From: Octopus bimaculoides | Taxonomy: Eukaryota | DNA: 64,000 bases | Direction of reading: 5' to 3' | Assembly (NCBI RefSeq): GCF_001194135.2 | Contig: NC_068990.1 | Coordinates: forward strand, 90,494,511 to 90,558,510 | Part shown: piece after piece, positions 12,501 through 23,786 of the stretch | Layout of the letters: every line of letters begins with the position of its first letter | How positions within the stretch are numbered: position 1 is the stretch's first letter | Made by a program: the position numbers and the translations under genes | The notes under the pieces: generated by a model | Told to the model about the DNA's origin: nothing | What the model saw: only the letters and a program-made list of their open reading frames with translations | Databases searched by the model: none

Positions 12501-12601
12501 TGAGGATGTTGAACGAAACACTCATGTTTCCAAAGGTGAATTATATATAAATATATATACATACACACACACACACACACACACACATANNNNNNNNNNN
12601 N

Positions 12602-12676
<75 letters not shown>

Positions 12677-14146
12677 AGGCAGAGAGTGAGACAGAAAAAG
12701 AGACTGAGAATAGAAATGAAAGAAAGAATGAGGGGTTGAAAGATAGTCGTGATGAATTCTTCATTTAATCACGACTACCACCATTAACTAGCAGAGGCAT
12801 CAATCCGCTACACAGCCCAGCCCACATCGCCAATATCACATCTTGAATCTCGAGTGCAAAAAAAAACAACATTTAAATAAGTGAAATATATGTAATTACC
12901 TGCAGCGAGTGGGATACAATATATTACATGAAAATTTGGTTCTTAGATCAATTGAAGATGAATGGTAAATAGAGAGAGAGATCGATAAGATACGATTATC
13001 GAGATGGCTGAGATAGCATGTACTTAACGAAGTGAAAGATAGTATTTTGATCCTCGTTTTTACAATAATAAAACTGGCGAGGCGAGAGATGGAAGATCGG
13101 AGATGTGAGAGATGGAGAAAGTTGATGTTATAGTGAAATATGGAATCTTTCTTTCTTGGTCTACTATTGACTGAAAATCTCATTTGAACGTATAATGCAA
13201 TTGAAGGCTACTGAATGTAACTACGTTGCTGCAAAATTATTTTTGCTTTTTATAACACATTCCATTGGAAATATCTATCGCTATATTTCCTTGTATAGTT
13301 ATAATGCTCAACATATTCATTTTACAATCATTGAAGGAAGAATTTGCACCTAAGACTGTTCATTGATTTCATATTTTGCGTTCGAAATAATTAAAGGAAC
13401 ATAGTTTTACATGTGCCTAAAAGTTTGTGTGTATTCATGTGTTTTTCATGTATATTTGTATGCAAAATTCGAGCGTTCCATTATTCGCTTTGGTTGTATT
13501 AGTCGTCTTTCATGCTTGAATAATATATATATATATATTCTTTTAGTTCCTTCATTCACACCGAGCTGTAACACCTGAAGCACCGCATTGCAGGTAAATC
13601 GAATAAATCAACTGTAATATTTATTTTCAATCTAGTAATTATTCTGTGGAATCATTTCGCCGAGTTCCTATAATACGCTTTCATATTCCACATTTGCACC
13701 GATTACCAAATGGTAAAAGAAGAAACAAAAGCGCCAGACAAACACACACATATCCACAAATACACAAACGTACACACAGACGTGATTATATAATGTGTTT
13801 AATTATAAAATCATATAGCCTGATGACATTCAACGAGTATTTAGAAGGACATGGGTATATCTCAAAGAGAAAACTGCGATGATTATGATCCGAATTACAT
13901 TTGGTTGGTTTCTATCGTTGGATAGTTCACAGATACACAAAGAAAACTAAAACAAAACAGGAAATGAATTCATTATATATGTGTGTATGTATGTACCTAT
14001 GTATGTAGTTATTTCGTTTTATTTCAAGATTTTATGCTAATAGAGAAAGAGCCGGTTTCTAACTTAGATCCAAGGCTCCTTCATTGGAATTTCAACAACA
14101 TCAACAGGGTATGTATGCCTGTATGTATGTATGTATGTATGTATGT

Positions 14147-14185
<39 letters not shown>

Positions 14186-15155
14186 TAAAGTCATATGAAT
14201 ACGTATATGTCTAATATATGCGTATGTGTGCGCGCGCGTATAAGCAGGAGAAAGTATATTCAATGTGTACAGTTTTTGTTCAAAGCTGGTGATTCTCCTA
14301 ATTTCTATTCCTAATTCCGCAGGTTTTGTGTTCCGTCGTCTCTCATAGGTTAGTTAGTAATACTAAATATTTCATATAACCTGATCACTGTCGGCTAACC
14401 AAATTGGATGAGTTAAGCATTACAATCCAATGAAAGCAATAATCATATTTAATTATACATTCGTACTCACGGCTGCTTCATTTAGTAAACTTAGGTTGCC
14501 AAATATCGTTGGCAAACCACATACAAACCACAAAATATCTCAGCTTCCGGTGTATATCATTGATTAGAGACTCAAAGCTATAGCTCTGCGCTACGAACCG
14601 CTTAATAAACACTAATATTTCTAATAACCGTATTATTCTTCTGAATGCTAACAAGATCGAACAACGGCTGCATCACGTGAACAATACGAGCAGCAGCAAC
14701 GGCAGCAACAACAGCAGCACCAAACATAGAAAAGATCGATACAAATTTGTCAACGACGGGAACACATCATGGGTCGTAAAAGTAGCAGAGTTCTTAGGAT
14801 TCTGGTAAAAACAGTAGCACTGAAGAGGGAAGACGAACTGTTCAGGTTCTTCCTTTTCAAAGTAGAGTTCAAACTGGTGATTGGGTTATTGGTGCCTGTC
14901 TTGGTTATCCTACTAGCACCGTCACCATGACAAAATTTAGCTAAATTCTTGGTTTTGTCTATGATATTTTCAGAGAAAATAAAAAAAAAAACAAAGGTAA
15001 TTTACAATAATTATCTTTCTGGTCTTTTAAAATTTATCTTTTCTCCTTTGTAAAATCACATTTTGTCGGTTAGATGTAGACAATTTACCTGGGCGCTACT
15101 TAGATACTCAGCTATCTGGGCGCTCAATACAAAAAGCCGGATCAAATATGGTAAA

Positions 15156-15337
15156 TTGTTTCAGTCATTTGACTGCGGCCATGCTGGAGCACCACCTTTA
15201 GTCGAGCAAATCGACCCCAGGACTTATTTTTTGTAAGCTTAGGACTTATTCTATTGGTCTCATTTGCCGAACCACTAGAATACGGGGACGTAAACACACC
15301 TTATCAAGCGATGTTGGGAGGACAAGCAAAGACACAG
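15156..15337 (-). mobile_element. SINE family A, 3' half
   Basis: TTGTTTCAGTCATTTGACTGCGGCCATGCTGGAGCACC...CGGGGACGTAAACACACC matches the other family A copies. Confidence 0.9.
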
Positions 15338-15964
15338 TGTCGGCATGTAAATTGATATGATCGAAAAATATTAGTTGTTTACGCACACATACACATACTC
15401 ACTTACACAGACACAGAACACACACACGCACACTCACACACACACACACACACACACACAGAGAAACACTCACATACACACACATACATACGCACATGCA
15501 CACAAACACATGCACATGCATGCATCTACATATGCTGGTCTTTCACTGATTAGACATCGTGTGGTAATTACTCGCACTTCTGCGCTGAGTCATGTTTTCA
15601 AGAACAACGCGCTGAATATTTAAATAAATATGTAAATTAGTTAATTATATATTCAAATCTCACATGTACCAATTAGGCTTAATATTTTGGGTTTAGAATT
15701 ATCTAATGTGTATATATATATATGTGTGTGTGTCTGTGTGTGTGTAGANNNNNNNNNNNNNNNNNNNNNNNNNNNNNNNNNNNNNNNNNNNNNNNNNNNN
15801 NNNNNNNNNNNNNNNNNNNNNNNNNNNNNNNNNNNNNNNNNNNNNNNNNNNNNNNNNNNNNNNNNNNNNNNNNNNNNNNNNNNNNNNNNNNNNNNNNNNN
15901 NNNNNNNNNNNNNNNNNNNNNNNNNNNNNNNNNNNNNNNNNNNNNNNNNNNNNNNNNNNNNNNN

Positions 15965-16021
<57 letters not shown>

Positions 16022-16034
16022 TAGATAGATAGAC

Positions 16035-16102
<68 letters not shown>

Positions 16103-16548
16103 GCATGAAGAGAATGCGTTGTGGTGTATGTCTTGTTTCTGGTTATTTGGTGTATTGCAATCGATGCATAAAGTATTGAAGATGACTTAAGATATTCGAA
16201 ATGTTGTAATCAAATATACAAATATGCATTTGCAATTATATCAATTATTAATTACTGATAATTAGTATCGGGAAAGTGCTTTAGGTAATGAGTGAATTAA
16301 TATTAGCATTACAAAGCAGTCATTATTTAAATTTTGACGTGCAGATAATGCGTCCATGATTGACCGATTAATAGTTAAGAAACTTAAGCTCTTCACTATT
16401 GGCAAGATGTTTAATGCAAAGGAAGAGAGACACAGATATTATGCACAGTTGTGTGTACAGTCTTAATGATCTTACTTTAATTTCAGCTGTCAGCTCTGGG
16501 CTAAATTAAAATGGCTCTTATCTCGTCGTTTACACTGCGAGGCGTACG

Positions 16549-16910
16549 TAAGAGGAAGCGCTGGTAAGTTCATAGGCCGACTATGAAGGACTGATGCTTG
16601 AGCTGTTGAATCTTGCATGCGTTAATTTAATCTTTTCTTATTAATAACTGTATTGTTTATTTCCAGGTAAACTGATGTCTGATTGTTCAAAGAAGACTTC
16701 AGAAGTAATTGGTAGGGAGTTCTCTTAAAAATGGACAAAATTTAGCATCGTTGCATTATGAAGTACTTAGAAGAACATTCATGCTGACACGGTTGTTACA
16801 CTGGGGGATGATGCTCCAGCTTTATCAACGATGCAAAAATGGGCAGCTGAATTTAGGAGGGGACGGGAGAGCCTTGAAAATGACCCAAGGTCTAGATTCT
16901 AGCAATGGCC
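16549..16910 (+). mobile_element. Mariner (DD34D family) 5' relic: TIR-like start + transposase HTH
   Basis: ATG at 16731 gives MDKI*HRCIMKYL, then a shifted frame IHADTVVTLGDDAPALSTMQKWAAEFRRGRESLENDPRS (mariner N-terminal HTH). It is truncated where a SINE begins. Confidence 0.85.
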
Positions 16911-16919
16911 ACCATTGTA

Positions 16920-17135
16920 CCGTCGTATATATATGTATGCATGTGTGTGTATGTTTGTGTGTCTGTGTTTGTCCCTACCACCACCAACATCGTCCCCGTA
17001 ACACAGCGGTTCGGCAGAGAGAAGGACAGAATAAGTACTGGGCTTACAAAGAATAAGTTCTGGGGGCGATTTGTTCGACTAAAGGTGGTGCTCCAGCATG
17101 GCCGCAATCAACTGACTGAAACAAATAAAAGTAAA
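16920..17135 (+). mobile_element. SINE family A, 3' part, inserted into or truncating a mariner relic
   Basis: CGTCGTATATAT...GAATAAGTACTGGGCTTACAAAGAATAAG...GGTGCTCCAGCATGGCCGCAATCAACTGACTGAAACAAATAAAAG. Confidence 0.9.
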
Positions 17136-19504
17136 AAAAAAAATAAATACTTTTGCTCTTTCCACCGATACATAGATTGTAGTTAGAACGGAAAGTTATA
17201 GACTTTGCGTGAATTATTTTAAAGAAAGTAATCATTTTAGTAAATGTTTTCCCCTTTATCCTATCTTTTTCTTTTTTTAACCCAGCGAAAGACCTGAATA
17301 TTGAGAACGTACACTCGAGAATATAGCAGGGAATCTCCCACTTGCAAAATGGAATATTCTTGTGAGTTATATTGAATAGGACTCTATGCGTCTTACATAT
17401 ATAATGGCCGTCGTCACTTTTTGATCCATTATCACGTGACTGGCTTTCTGAATAGCTTCAACTGATTGAGATCCGATCATTTTAAACAACCCGCATATCT
17501 TCCTTATGAGACACTCGTCTTGATCGATTAAAATGAAAATCCGAACGTTTATTTGGAATCTACAAAGCCCAAGATTACAGCTGTCCTATTACTGTCGACT
17601 GAAGTATCACACAAAGAGTCGATACTACTTGTGTATCTTTATTATTGAAATTAACGTTTATCGTCGACCAGTTTAAATTTTAATCCTGAGTTAACATACT
17701 AAAACGTATAACAAGTGTATCAATAAATATATAAATATAACCTAGCTGATAATTCGAAAACCAAAATATTAAGCCTAATTGCTATATGTGAGATTTGAAT
17801 ATATAATTAACTAATTTACATATTTATTTAAATATTCAGCGAGTTGTCGTTCTAAGAAATATAATTCAGCGCAAAAGTACAAGTAACTACCATACGATGT
17901 CTAATCAGTGTGCCACTTATAGAACTTGAAATCTTTCATAAATGCATACAAATTAGCTCTATTTGTTGATGGAATTTTTGACAGAATAAAAATTTCATAT
18001 TTCAGAGTTTATTGTACAAATAAGCAATAAATAACACATTTTATTTTATGTATAGTGAAAACGTTGTAAAAGTTTGCTATCTGATGTATTTTGTAGTCAA
18101 TTTATGTCCCAGATTTATAAAATATAGAAAATTATAAAACACAGAACAACGTTTTGTTCTGTTTCTTTAAGTTTCTTTAAAGATTTCTTGGTATAATTAA
18201 TAATTTGTAATTTAATAAAGTATTTCTTCAAATATTGCGTCTGCAATTATAAATAAATGCATACACACACACACAAACACACACAAACACACACACACAC
18301 ACACACACANNNNNNNNNNNNNNNNNNNNNNNNNNNNNNNNNNNNNNNNNNNNNNNNNNNNNNNNNNNNNNNNNNNNNNNNNNNNNNNNNNNNNNNNNNN
18401 NNNTATATATGTATATATATATATATAAATTTTTGTAGAAAGACGTGCAGAAAGGAATTAATAACGAGAAAATTCATAAAATACGAAGCTATGTAATATG
18501 CTTTTATATGGGAGTCCTTTCAAAAACTATTTGTCTGCTGTACTATGTAAACCAGTTTACGTCCAGAAGCATCTCTATATCTCCAATGCAAAACTTTATT
18601 TTTCGTCAAATTGTATTTCAAGTCAGGTTTCACTTCTTTGAAAGAAATTGAAATTATTAAACGATCACAACACTAAGTTCTTCACCCAATGCTGGCAATA
18701 TCTTTAAAATTCGATTAGCTTTGAACATACACCATGTTCTGGATGTTTTGGTATTCTAAAACCTCCTACAGTCAATTTGTGTGCGAAGACATTTCATTTT
18801 GGTTCACAACGGTTCCTGATAATATTCTAGAATTTTCTAGGTTCGGTTAGAACTGATTTAGACGAGGCAGGGAATTAGCCTTATAGCAAACATTTTAATG
18901 TGATATTTTAATGACTAAAAGAAGAATAGGGACCAAACACATCGTTATATCAACAGTTTTAATTACTAAAACAGAAGTTTTCTGACAGTCTGCGGTTTTA
19001 GAAAATCGATTGCAACAAATATTTGCTTGGAACAAGAATTAATTCACCTAATCGTTCTCGTAACCAAACAGGTTTTATTCTCACAAGCATCAGCGCAGGT
19101 TGTATATAAACAGTTCATCTAATGGCTTCTATGAATCTATTTATCCAGCGCAACCAGGAAACATTATATATATGTCTCCCGACGAAGATTCTTTTTCGAA
19201 TCATTAGACATCACTCGTCGATAAAACAATTTATGTTATTTTCAATTGTGTGTACTCATTATTCGCCGACGCTAATCATAACTAGTTTTGTCGAACCCTG
19301 CTGTTACTTTGTCTTCACGCCTAATTACATCAAACTAGCTTGACAAGTTAACTAATGCTAACTATATTTCCGTGAATTCATGTCTCATTCAGTTGCCGCC
19401 AGAAATATAATCGTCACCGCACTTCGCTTCCTATAACTCTTAAAACTGCACGATAATGAAATTTTCAACATCCCTAAACACTGGCAATCCGTCGGTTTAA
19501 ACGA

Positions 19505-19778
19505 CAAGAGTTCCAGTTGATCCGATCAACAGAACAGCCCATTTGTGGAATTAACGTGCAAGTGGCTGAGACCTCCACAGACACGCGTACCCTTAACGTA
19601 GTTCTCAGGGAGATTCAGCGTGGCACACAGTGTGACAAGGCTGGCCCTTTGAAATACGAGTGCAATTCATTTTTGCGATCTGAGTGGACTGGTGCAAAAG
19701 TGAAATAAAGTGCCTTGCTCAAGGACACAACGCGTCACCGGGAATCGAACTCTCAACCTTATGATCGTCAGCTGAATA
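19505..19778 (-). mobile_element. tRNA-derived SINE family C (related heads at about 2075-2190 -, 2615-2730 -, 37270-37340 +, 42760-43025 -)
   Basis: GTGAAATAAAGTGCCTTGCTCAAGGACACAACGCG...GGGAATCGAACTC is the reverse complement of the B-box GAGTTCGATTCCC followed by GCGTTGTGTCCTTGAGCAAG. The same motif is shared by the listed loci. Confidence 0.8.
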
Positions 19779-19899
19779 ACGCGTGACTGTAGAGTTCTCA
19801 GCCACTTGTACGTTAATTTATATTATTGGTCTCTATGTCACTTTTTCCTTACAGGGAGAGCTAGAATTGCCTAATAGATATTAACATAAATATTGACAT

Positions 19900-20121
19900 A
19901 AGGCGGCGAGCTGGCAGAAACGTTAGCACGCCGGACGAAATGCTTAGCGGTGCTTCGTCTGTCTTTACGTTCTGAGTTCAAATTCAGCCGAGGTCGACTT
20001 TGCTTTTCATCCTTTCGAATTCGATAAATAAATTAAGTACCAGTTGCGTACTGGTGTCTTTTAATCTATTGCCGCCACAACTCGCCGAAAATTTCGGGCC
20101 TTGTGCCTAGAGTAGAAAAGA
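19900..20121 (+). mobile_element. SINE family B, full-length
   Basis: AAGGCGGCGAGCTGGCAGAAACGTTAGC...GAGTTCAAATTC...GTCGACTTTGC...CTTGTGCCTAGAGTAGAAAAG. Confidence 0.92.
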
Positions 20122-20815
20122 ATTTAATGTTGTTAAAGAATTCTTCATTGTCTTTCATAGAAACGACTCTCCTGCAATAAAAAAGAGACGACGCCCTCGG
20201 TACTGAATACTTGCTAACACAAGGAATTGCGATGTAGCATTAATATTAGCTCTTCTCTGAAGAATTAATATTAAATAGCAGGTCTGATGTATTCGATTAC
20301 GGTATGAGAGAAGAAAAATCATGTACCGTCACGGAGATCAAATTACTTGCAGGTGTGAAGATTTGTTCCAAAATCAATAAGAAGGAGAATATTTATGAAG
20401 ACCTTATTCGAAACTGTATATTTCGAAGACAGTGTTCATAAATATTCTACCTGATATTAGAATCACATTTGTATAAATAATTATTGGTGCTTTTGACTGT
20501 TAGTAAACGCCAAAGTGATGATCTCGAAAAGTTGGCAATTTCGAAGAAAGTTGATCAGTTATTATGCAACTTACGAATAGAGCCTGAATAACAAATAGAG
20601 TCAGAATAGCAAAATTATGCAAGAATTTTTCGAAAGTTCAACGCCTAACATCCAATATCATTTTTCTCAGCGATGTAGATCTTGTTATTTTTGGGGGTTT
20701 TTAAAAAAAATTTGATGCAGATCCTTTCCAGGAAAAGAAATTAAATAAGCAAAAATAGAAAAGAAAATATATACATGCATCAATAGGTAGATACATAGGT
20801 ACATAAATGCATACA

Positions 20816-21019
20816 TAAATATATTTATTTATTTATATTAAGGGCATTACTACACGTAAATGCCTCACGCTATTAGGGACTCTTAAAGTCAAAACTACCA
20901 TAATAAATACACAGTGTACCCTGTGTATTTATTATGGTAGTTGTGACTTTAAGTGTCCCTAATAGCACGAGGCATTTATGTGTAGTAATGCCCTTAATAT
21001 AAATAAATAAATATATTTA
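20816..21019. repeat. 204-bp near-perfect palindrome (99-bp arms, 6-nt spacer TGTACC); MITE-like or fold-back
   Basis: The left arm 20816-20914 is the reverse complement of 20921-21019 with 5 mismatches. An inner 152 bp (GGGCATTAC...GTAATGCCC) is bracketed by TTAA at 20838-20841 and 20994-20997. Confidence 0.95.
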
Positions 21020-22143
21020 AAGGGAATAATTATAATTTTTTTCCCTTATGAGGTTTTCACGCTGACTACTTGATTAAATTCTTATAAAGATTTTATCCTA
21101 TTTTAAAATGCATTCATAAATATATACGTATATAGGTGCATGCATGTGTGCATATGTGAGCATATTGTAGATGTGTTATTCATCCATCCTCCGACGCTGT
21201 TGAACAACAAATATCAACCGATTGGGACTCAGGGTACGGGTAGCACTAATAATCCTTTCGATTGCTGAATACAAAACATATTTCGCAATTCCTCTTTTGG
21301 GGTCATCTCACCCTTGTAGGCCGATCCATCGCAAGGTTACCAATTTCTAGGCGAGGGAACTGGGGCCTGTAATCAGAACATCGTTGCTACAAGTTGTCAA
21401 AGGTACATTAAAACATGTAAAAGATTCATGCATTTCAGCATACCGTAATGTCTACATAAACTATGTCATCCATGCTCTCGCGCATGCGTATACGTACGTA
21501 TAAATATTTAGTAGCATAAGTTTGTGATGGCATCCTTGCTTGTACGCATGCGTCTGTGCGTGCAAGCAAGCATTCAATGCAAGAGTCTTGCTTCAGGAGT
21601 TATAAGTGGAATCTTTCTTTCGGTGATAAAACTAACAACGAACATACAGTCAACATACGTACATACATACACACATACATACATTTATACATGCATTCAT
21701 ACACACACACACACACACACATATGCTTGTATGTATAAATGCTCACTTATACATGCATACGAAATAATCGGGAAAAGCTAAAGTTTTCAGCCTAATAAAT
21801 TGTACTATATGATATGTATTATATGGTCAAACTATACACAGCAAAAATACTAATGACATTATAAATATCCAACATAATATAGGCCTTTCCTGGGGACGAG
21901 AAATTTCCGAAGTGAGAGCTTTGTTCCATAGTCTGAGCTTAACCCATTTTTATAAGCAAAATTCAAAGACTTTCTTGAATAAATTCAAAGAACAGAAAAA
22001 GATACATAACGAGTATCAGTCATTATAAAAACGAACGTTCGTATATTTCGTATCTTTTGTCAGGACAGTCTCTTCTTTTGAAAGAAAGCGCACGAAGACC
22101 GTTGTAGAATAAATGTTTAATAAAACAGCAGTATATTGCTTAC

Positions 22144-22210
22144 CATAAAATGTGTTAAAGACACGAAGGATTTTGTTCTTTTGGAAATCGGAAAGTTGTT
22201 GGTTTGACAT
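22144..22210 (-). CDS. cex: First coding exon of calexcitin / sarcoplasmic Ca-binding-type EF-hand protein (22 codons + 1 nt, phase-1 intron follows)
   Basis: Minus strand reads ATG TCA AAC...TTT TAT G|GTAAGC = MSNQQLSDFQKNKILRVFNTFY. This matches the squid calexcitin N-terminus as I recall it (MAAHQLSDFQRNKILRVFNTFYD, about 18/22 identical). The GT donor at 22143-22142 splits the Asp codon that opens EF-hand 1. There is an A at -3 of the ATG. Confidence 0.9.
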
Positions 22211-22265
22211 TCTGCTTTGTTACTTGGTAATGTTTCCTTAACGGAGGAGAATACACCAAAGATTT
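22211..22265 (-). other. 5' UTR part of the calexcitin exon (whole exon 22144-22265), preceded by a 3' splice acceptor
   Basis: Minus strand has a pyrimidine tract TTTATCTTATTTTTATCCTACAG|AAATC with AG at 22267-22266, then 55 nt with no ATG before the start codon. This implies a further upstream non-coding exon. Confidence 0.7.
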
Positions 22266-22398
22266 CTGTAGGATAAAAATAAGATAAACAATAGATAAAT
22301 ACATGACTCTTCAAAAGAAAAAAACAAATAAGTAGTTATATATAGATAAATATATTCACGCGTATGTGTGTATGTATATGTATGCGTGCTCATCTGTA

Positions 22399-22443
<45 letters not shown>

Positions 22444-23719
22444 ATGTATTTGTGTGTGTGCGCATGTATTTGTATACATTTGTGTGTATGAGCGCGCGCA
22501 CTTCTCTATGTGAAAAAATAGGGAAATACTAGCATACAGATTAGCGATAGATATACATACATAACGATAGATTGACAGGCGTACATAAAGATGCTTAAAT
22601 GATGTCGACACTAAATATATTCGATCTTTGAAGTAAATGTGTATGTTACACACATACGCACGTACATATAAAGTTTTGGACAGCATAGCATCAACAGAGT
22701 CTCTTTATTGTAATAGCTAATATATGGTTACGCTTCCATTCTGCTTCTTTGCATGGTGAGCACAAGATGGACGGTTTATGGGTTTTGTTGCAGTTGTTTT
22801 CACCAAATCTTACGAAGGTACATGTAAATGAGGCCGTTGAACCTCGTAACGTGTTCGTCACTCACCACAGCACCCTAACAATCAACTTTATGCCACAAAA
22901 TTTCTTTTATAACTGCCTACTCTATCGCTTCCAAATAAAAATAGATTGTAAAAAAAAGAACATTCAACCTTTCTGCTTGTTCTGCTCAAGTCACCTCACA
23001 GTGCACTAAATCTCCATCTCTTCATCATCTTCAGTGGGTCCCACCCTCTACACAGTGCGCCAATACCTTCTTATCCATTCCTCTGTAGCACATCTATCCT
23101 CTAAATTTTTCAATTCCTCTCCACATGTGTACCTTCAAATATTCCGATTTAACTACGACTCGTTGGTCTCGATGGTGTTACAAACATCAAGAAAGGAGTA
23201 TATATATATATATATATATATATNNNNNNNNNNNNNNNNNNNNNNNNNNNNNNNNNNNNNNNNNNTATATGAACACTTGTTGTTAGGAAAGTGCGGAGCA
23301 AAAGAGAAACGTAGTTTCTCCTTCATAAAATGGTGTTTCTCTTTTTCTACTTCATAGAAATTTTCAAGCTAATGGAGAGTCTTTGTGATGCTAATTCCTA
23401 CACGATAGCTTCTGGAATTTATCACCAACATCAGTAAAATGTTTGGCATTTTAGAGACCATAATAACCATAAAAAATACTCTGCACTCTCTAAATAATTC
23501 CTGTCCTTCTTTATTCCGTCACATTCTTTCTCGCCTATTTTTCCATTTTCTCCCTCTGTTGTTGTTTACATTTACATATATAGGGACACATATACGCATA
23601 CATATATATATGTATACATACATATAGGTATGCATGCATACATACAGACACAAACATGTAAAGAGAATACTTGCGAACATGCATACGGATATATGTGAGT
23701 GTGTATGTGAGTCGAGAGG

Positions 23720-23786
<67 letters not shown>

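Noticed and set aside
12744-12791. 10-bp stem hairpin followed 10 nt later by CTAG (Helitron 3' end-like)
   Set aside because: The hairpin is long and not GC-rich, CTAG is followed by C rather than T, and no 5' TC end or Rep/Hel sequence was found.
22760-23190. Possible very old RTE-type LINE 3' fragment on the minus strand
   Set aside because: Only a vague resemblance. No motif could be read with confidence.
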